Below are positions 60,766 through 64,000 of a DNA stretch of 64,000 nt, piece by piece (the first letter of the stretch is position 1; each line of letters begins with the position of its first letter). Where the stretch lies: contig JASTWF010000367.1 in the NCBI GenBank assembly GCA_030390025.1, positions 310,001 to 374,000 of the forward strand, given 5' to 3'. The notes under the pieces were generated by a model. It was given only the letters and a program-made list of their open reading frames with translations, had not been told where the DNA came from and did not search any database. This DNA comes from Squalus acanthias (Eukaryota). The translations under genes were made by a program, and so were the position numbers.

Positions 60766-63700
60766 TGACAACTATGACCAGAACGCATTCCGCGAACAAT
60801 AGGCTGCCGACGCTCAGCGAATCCCAGAATCCACTTTCTCTCAACTCCAGGATTGTGAACCACCGCATCAAAAGTACAACCACGTCCATGAGAAGTTCAA
60901 CTGCGCCTCGATCGCCCATTCACCCTGCATCAATGGAAACCTCCTCTTCACTTGGTAGAGCAGGTCCACACCCCAGTTCAACAGCACAGCCTCCAACTTC
61001 TACACCATCCTTAGTGGCTTTCAGTTTCTCCACAATTATGGATTCTTGGATCAGTGCGATTGTGCCCTTCATGACCAGTGAAACTGTGCCCATCGTGAAC
61101 AGTGAGAATCTGCCAATCGTGACCAGTTGCGACTTTACCCATCGTGAGCACTGAGACTGTGCCCATCGTGACGAGTGAGAATCTGCCCATCGTGATCAGT
61201 GAAACTGTGCCCATCGTGAACAGTGAGAATCTGCCCATTGTGATCAGTGAGACTGTGCCAATTGTGACCAGTGAGAATCTGCCCATCGTGACCAGTGAGA
61301 ATCTGCCCATCGTGACCAGTGCGACTTTACCCATCGTGAGCACTGAGTCTGTGCCCATCGTGACCAGTGAGACTGCGCCTATCGTGACCACTGAGACACT
61401 GCCCATCGTGACCACTTAGACTGTGCCCATCGTGACTACTGCCACTGTGCACATCGTGACCAGTGACACTGTGCCCATCGTGACAAGTGAGACTGTGCCC
61501 ATCGTGACTATTGACACGGTGCCCAACGTGACCAGTGAGACTGTGCCCATCGTGACCACTGAGACTGTGCCCATCGTGAACACTGAGACTCTGCCCATCG
61601 TGAACACTGAGACTCGTCCCATCGTGACCACTGAGACTGTGCCCATCGTGACCAGTGCGAGAGTGCCCATCATGATCAGTGAGCCTGTGCCCATCGTGAC
61701 CAGTGATACTTGCCAATCGAGACCAATGAGACGTGTACATCGTGACCAGTGAGACTGTGACCATCGTGACCAGTGAGACTATGCCCATCGTGACCAGTGC
61801 GAGTTTGCCCATCGTGAACACTGAGCCTGTGCCCATCGTGACCAGTGAGACTGTGCCCATCGTGACCAGTGAGATTGTGCCCATCTTGAACACTGAGACT
61901 GTGACCATCGTGACCAGTGAGATTGTGCCCATCGTGACCACTGAGACTGTGCCCATCGTGACCAGTGAGATTGTGCCCATCTTGAACACTGAGACTGTGA
62001 CCATCGTGACCAGTGAGAATGTTCCCATCGTGAAAATTGACACTGTGCCCAACGTGACCAGTGAGACTGTGCCCATCGTGGCCACTGAAACGTTGTCCAT
62101 ATTGAAAAGTGAGACTGTGCCCATCGTGAAGAGTGATACTGTGCCCATCGTGACCAGTGAGACTGTGCTTATCGTGAGCAATGCGACTGTGCCCATCGTG
62201 ACCAGTGAGACTTTGCCTATCGTGAGCAGCGCGAGTGTGCCCAGCTTGTCCAGTGCGAATGTGCCTCCGTCTTCCAACAAGGTAAAGGCTCCATCATCGA
62301 CCGAAAACAACAATGTGTTTCCACCCTCCCTGACTGGTAGAGCCATGCAACAGTCATCAGTTGTTACGATGAGATCAATGCTGCTTCCGGCTTTAAATTC
62401 AGCGTTGACATTAACTTTTGCGGTGTCTAAAACATCCCAGGACAGTGCTAGAGACGGTTCATCATCTATAAAGCAGATCACACCAGCCCAGGTCAATATA
62501 AGAACAGCATCCTCTCTAAATCAGACTACACCATTCCAGGTCAATACAACACGGCCATCATCTATAAATCAGAATACACCATCCCAGGTCAATACAGCAC
62601 CACCATCATCTATAAATCAGATTACACCATCCCAGGTCAATACATTACCACCATCATCTATAAATCAGATTACACCATCCCAGGTCAATACATTACCACC
62701 ATCATCTATAAATCAGATTACACCATTCCAGGTCAACACAGCACCATCATCATCTATAAATCAGACTACACCATCCCAGGTCAATGCAGCGCCATCATCA
62801 TCTATGAATAAGATTACACCATCCCAGGTCAATACAGCTCCATCATCATCTATTAATCAGCTTACACTATCCCAGTTCAGAATATTACCACTCTCATCTA
62901 CTAATCAGGCTACAACATTCCAGGTCAGTAGTACAGCACGTTCATCATCTCTAAATCAGGCTTCATCATCCCCAGGCCAGTAGAGTAACAGCTTCATCAT
63001 CTATTAATTAAAAAACATCATCTCTCAATTTCAATAGCAGCTCAATATCTTTAAGCATAGATTATTCTTCCCTGATGAGAAGAGTAGCACCTTCACCAGC
63101 TATTGAATCAGATGCACCTTCTCTGGTCAGTGCAATAACAATCTCACCATCTACTGAATCAGATGCACCTTCTCTGGTCAGTGCAATAACAATATCACCA
63201 TCTACTAAATCAGATACATCTTCTCTGGTCAGTGCAATAACAATCTCAGCATCTACTAAATCAGATGCACCTTCTCTGGTCAGTGCAATAACAATCTCAC
63301 CATATACTAAATCAGATAGATCATCTCTGGTCAGTACAATAACAACGTCACCATCTACTAAATCAGATACATATTCTCTGGTCAATACTATAACAACTTC
63401 AGCATCTACTAATTCAGATACATCTTCTCTGGTAGTACAATAACACCTTCACCATCTACTAAATCAGATACATCTGCTCTGGTCAGTGCAATAACAACCT
63501 CACCATCTACTCAATCAGATATATCTTCTCTGGTCAGTGCAATAACACCTTCACCATCTACTAAATCAGATAAATCTTATCTGCTCAGTACAATAACACT
63601 CTCACCATCTACTAAATGAGAAACACCATCTCTGGTCAGCACAATAACACCTTCACGATCGACACATCAGATACATCTTCTTTGCTCAGTACAATAGCAC

Positions 63701-64000
63701 CTTCTCCTTCTACTAAATCTGATACATCTTCTCTGGTCAGTACAATAACACACTCACGTTCTACTAAATCAGATACAGCTTCTCTGGTCAGTACAATAAC
63801 AATCTCACCATCTACTAAATCAGCTACATCGTCTCTGGTCAGTACAATAACACCCTCACTATCTACTCAATCAGATATAACTTCACTGGACTGTCCAATA
63901 ACACCTTCACCATCTACTAAATCAGATACACCTTCTCTGTTCAGTTCAATAACAACTTCACCATCTACTATATCAGATAGAACTTCTCTGGTTAGTAAAA
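60766..64000 (+). pseudogene. Mucin-like Pro/Thr/Ser-rich tandem-repeat exon (24-, 48- and 51-bp units), disrupted and running off the window
   Basis: Pyrimidine-rich acceptor ...ctttgcacAG at 60764-60765; repeats encode VPIVTSET, QVNTAPPSSINQITPS and SPSTKSDTSSLVSAITI; several frameshifts and stops. Confidence 0.6.

Noticed and set aside
61011..62496. Minus-strand hydrophobic repeat ORFs (VTMGTVSL)n
   Set aside because: Antisense reading of the 24-bp repeat; the acceptor and the PTS composition favour the plus strand.

Overview
Repeat-rich vertebrate genomic DNA, most likely from a cartilaginous fish (inferred from the CR1 LINE, Deu-type SINE and Harbinger content and the two-exon GPR139-like receptors). 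The host genes are three paralogous two-exon GPR139/142-like GPCRs (two intact, one with a nonsense codon), each with a related minisatellite about 0.4 kb upstream, plus a disrupted mucin-like repeat exon at the right end. The most notable object is a complete, very young 12.6-kb endogenous retrovirus-like provirus (5863-18430, minus strand). It has 1596-bp LTRs with one mismatch seen, a TGAC target duplication and a tRNA-Arg(UCG) PBS. Gag carries overlapping PSAP/PPxY late domains and is separated from in-frame pol by a UGA-CUAG readthrough codon. Pol is PR-RT-degenerate RNase H-active RNase H-IN. The 783-aa Env looks like a paramyxovirus-F-type fusogen with an extra N-terminal Ig domain, a lokiretrovirus-like layout. 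The window also holds two inverted PIF/Harbinger transposons inserted 8 bp apart with complementary defects, a decayed Gypsy element, inverted MITEs and many CR1/SINE fragments. All calls come from reading the sequence by eye; no searches were run.
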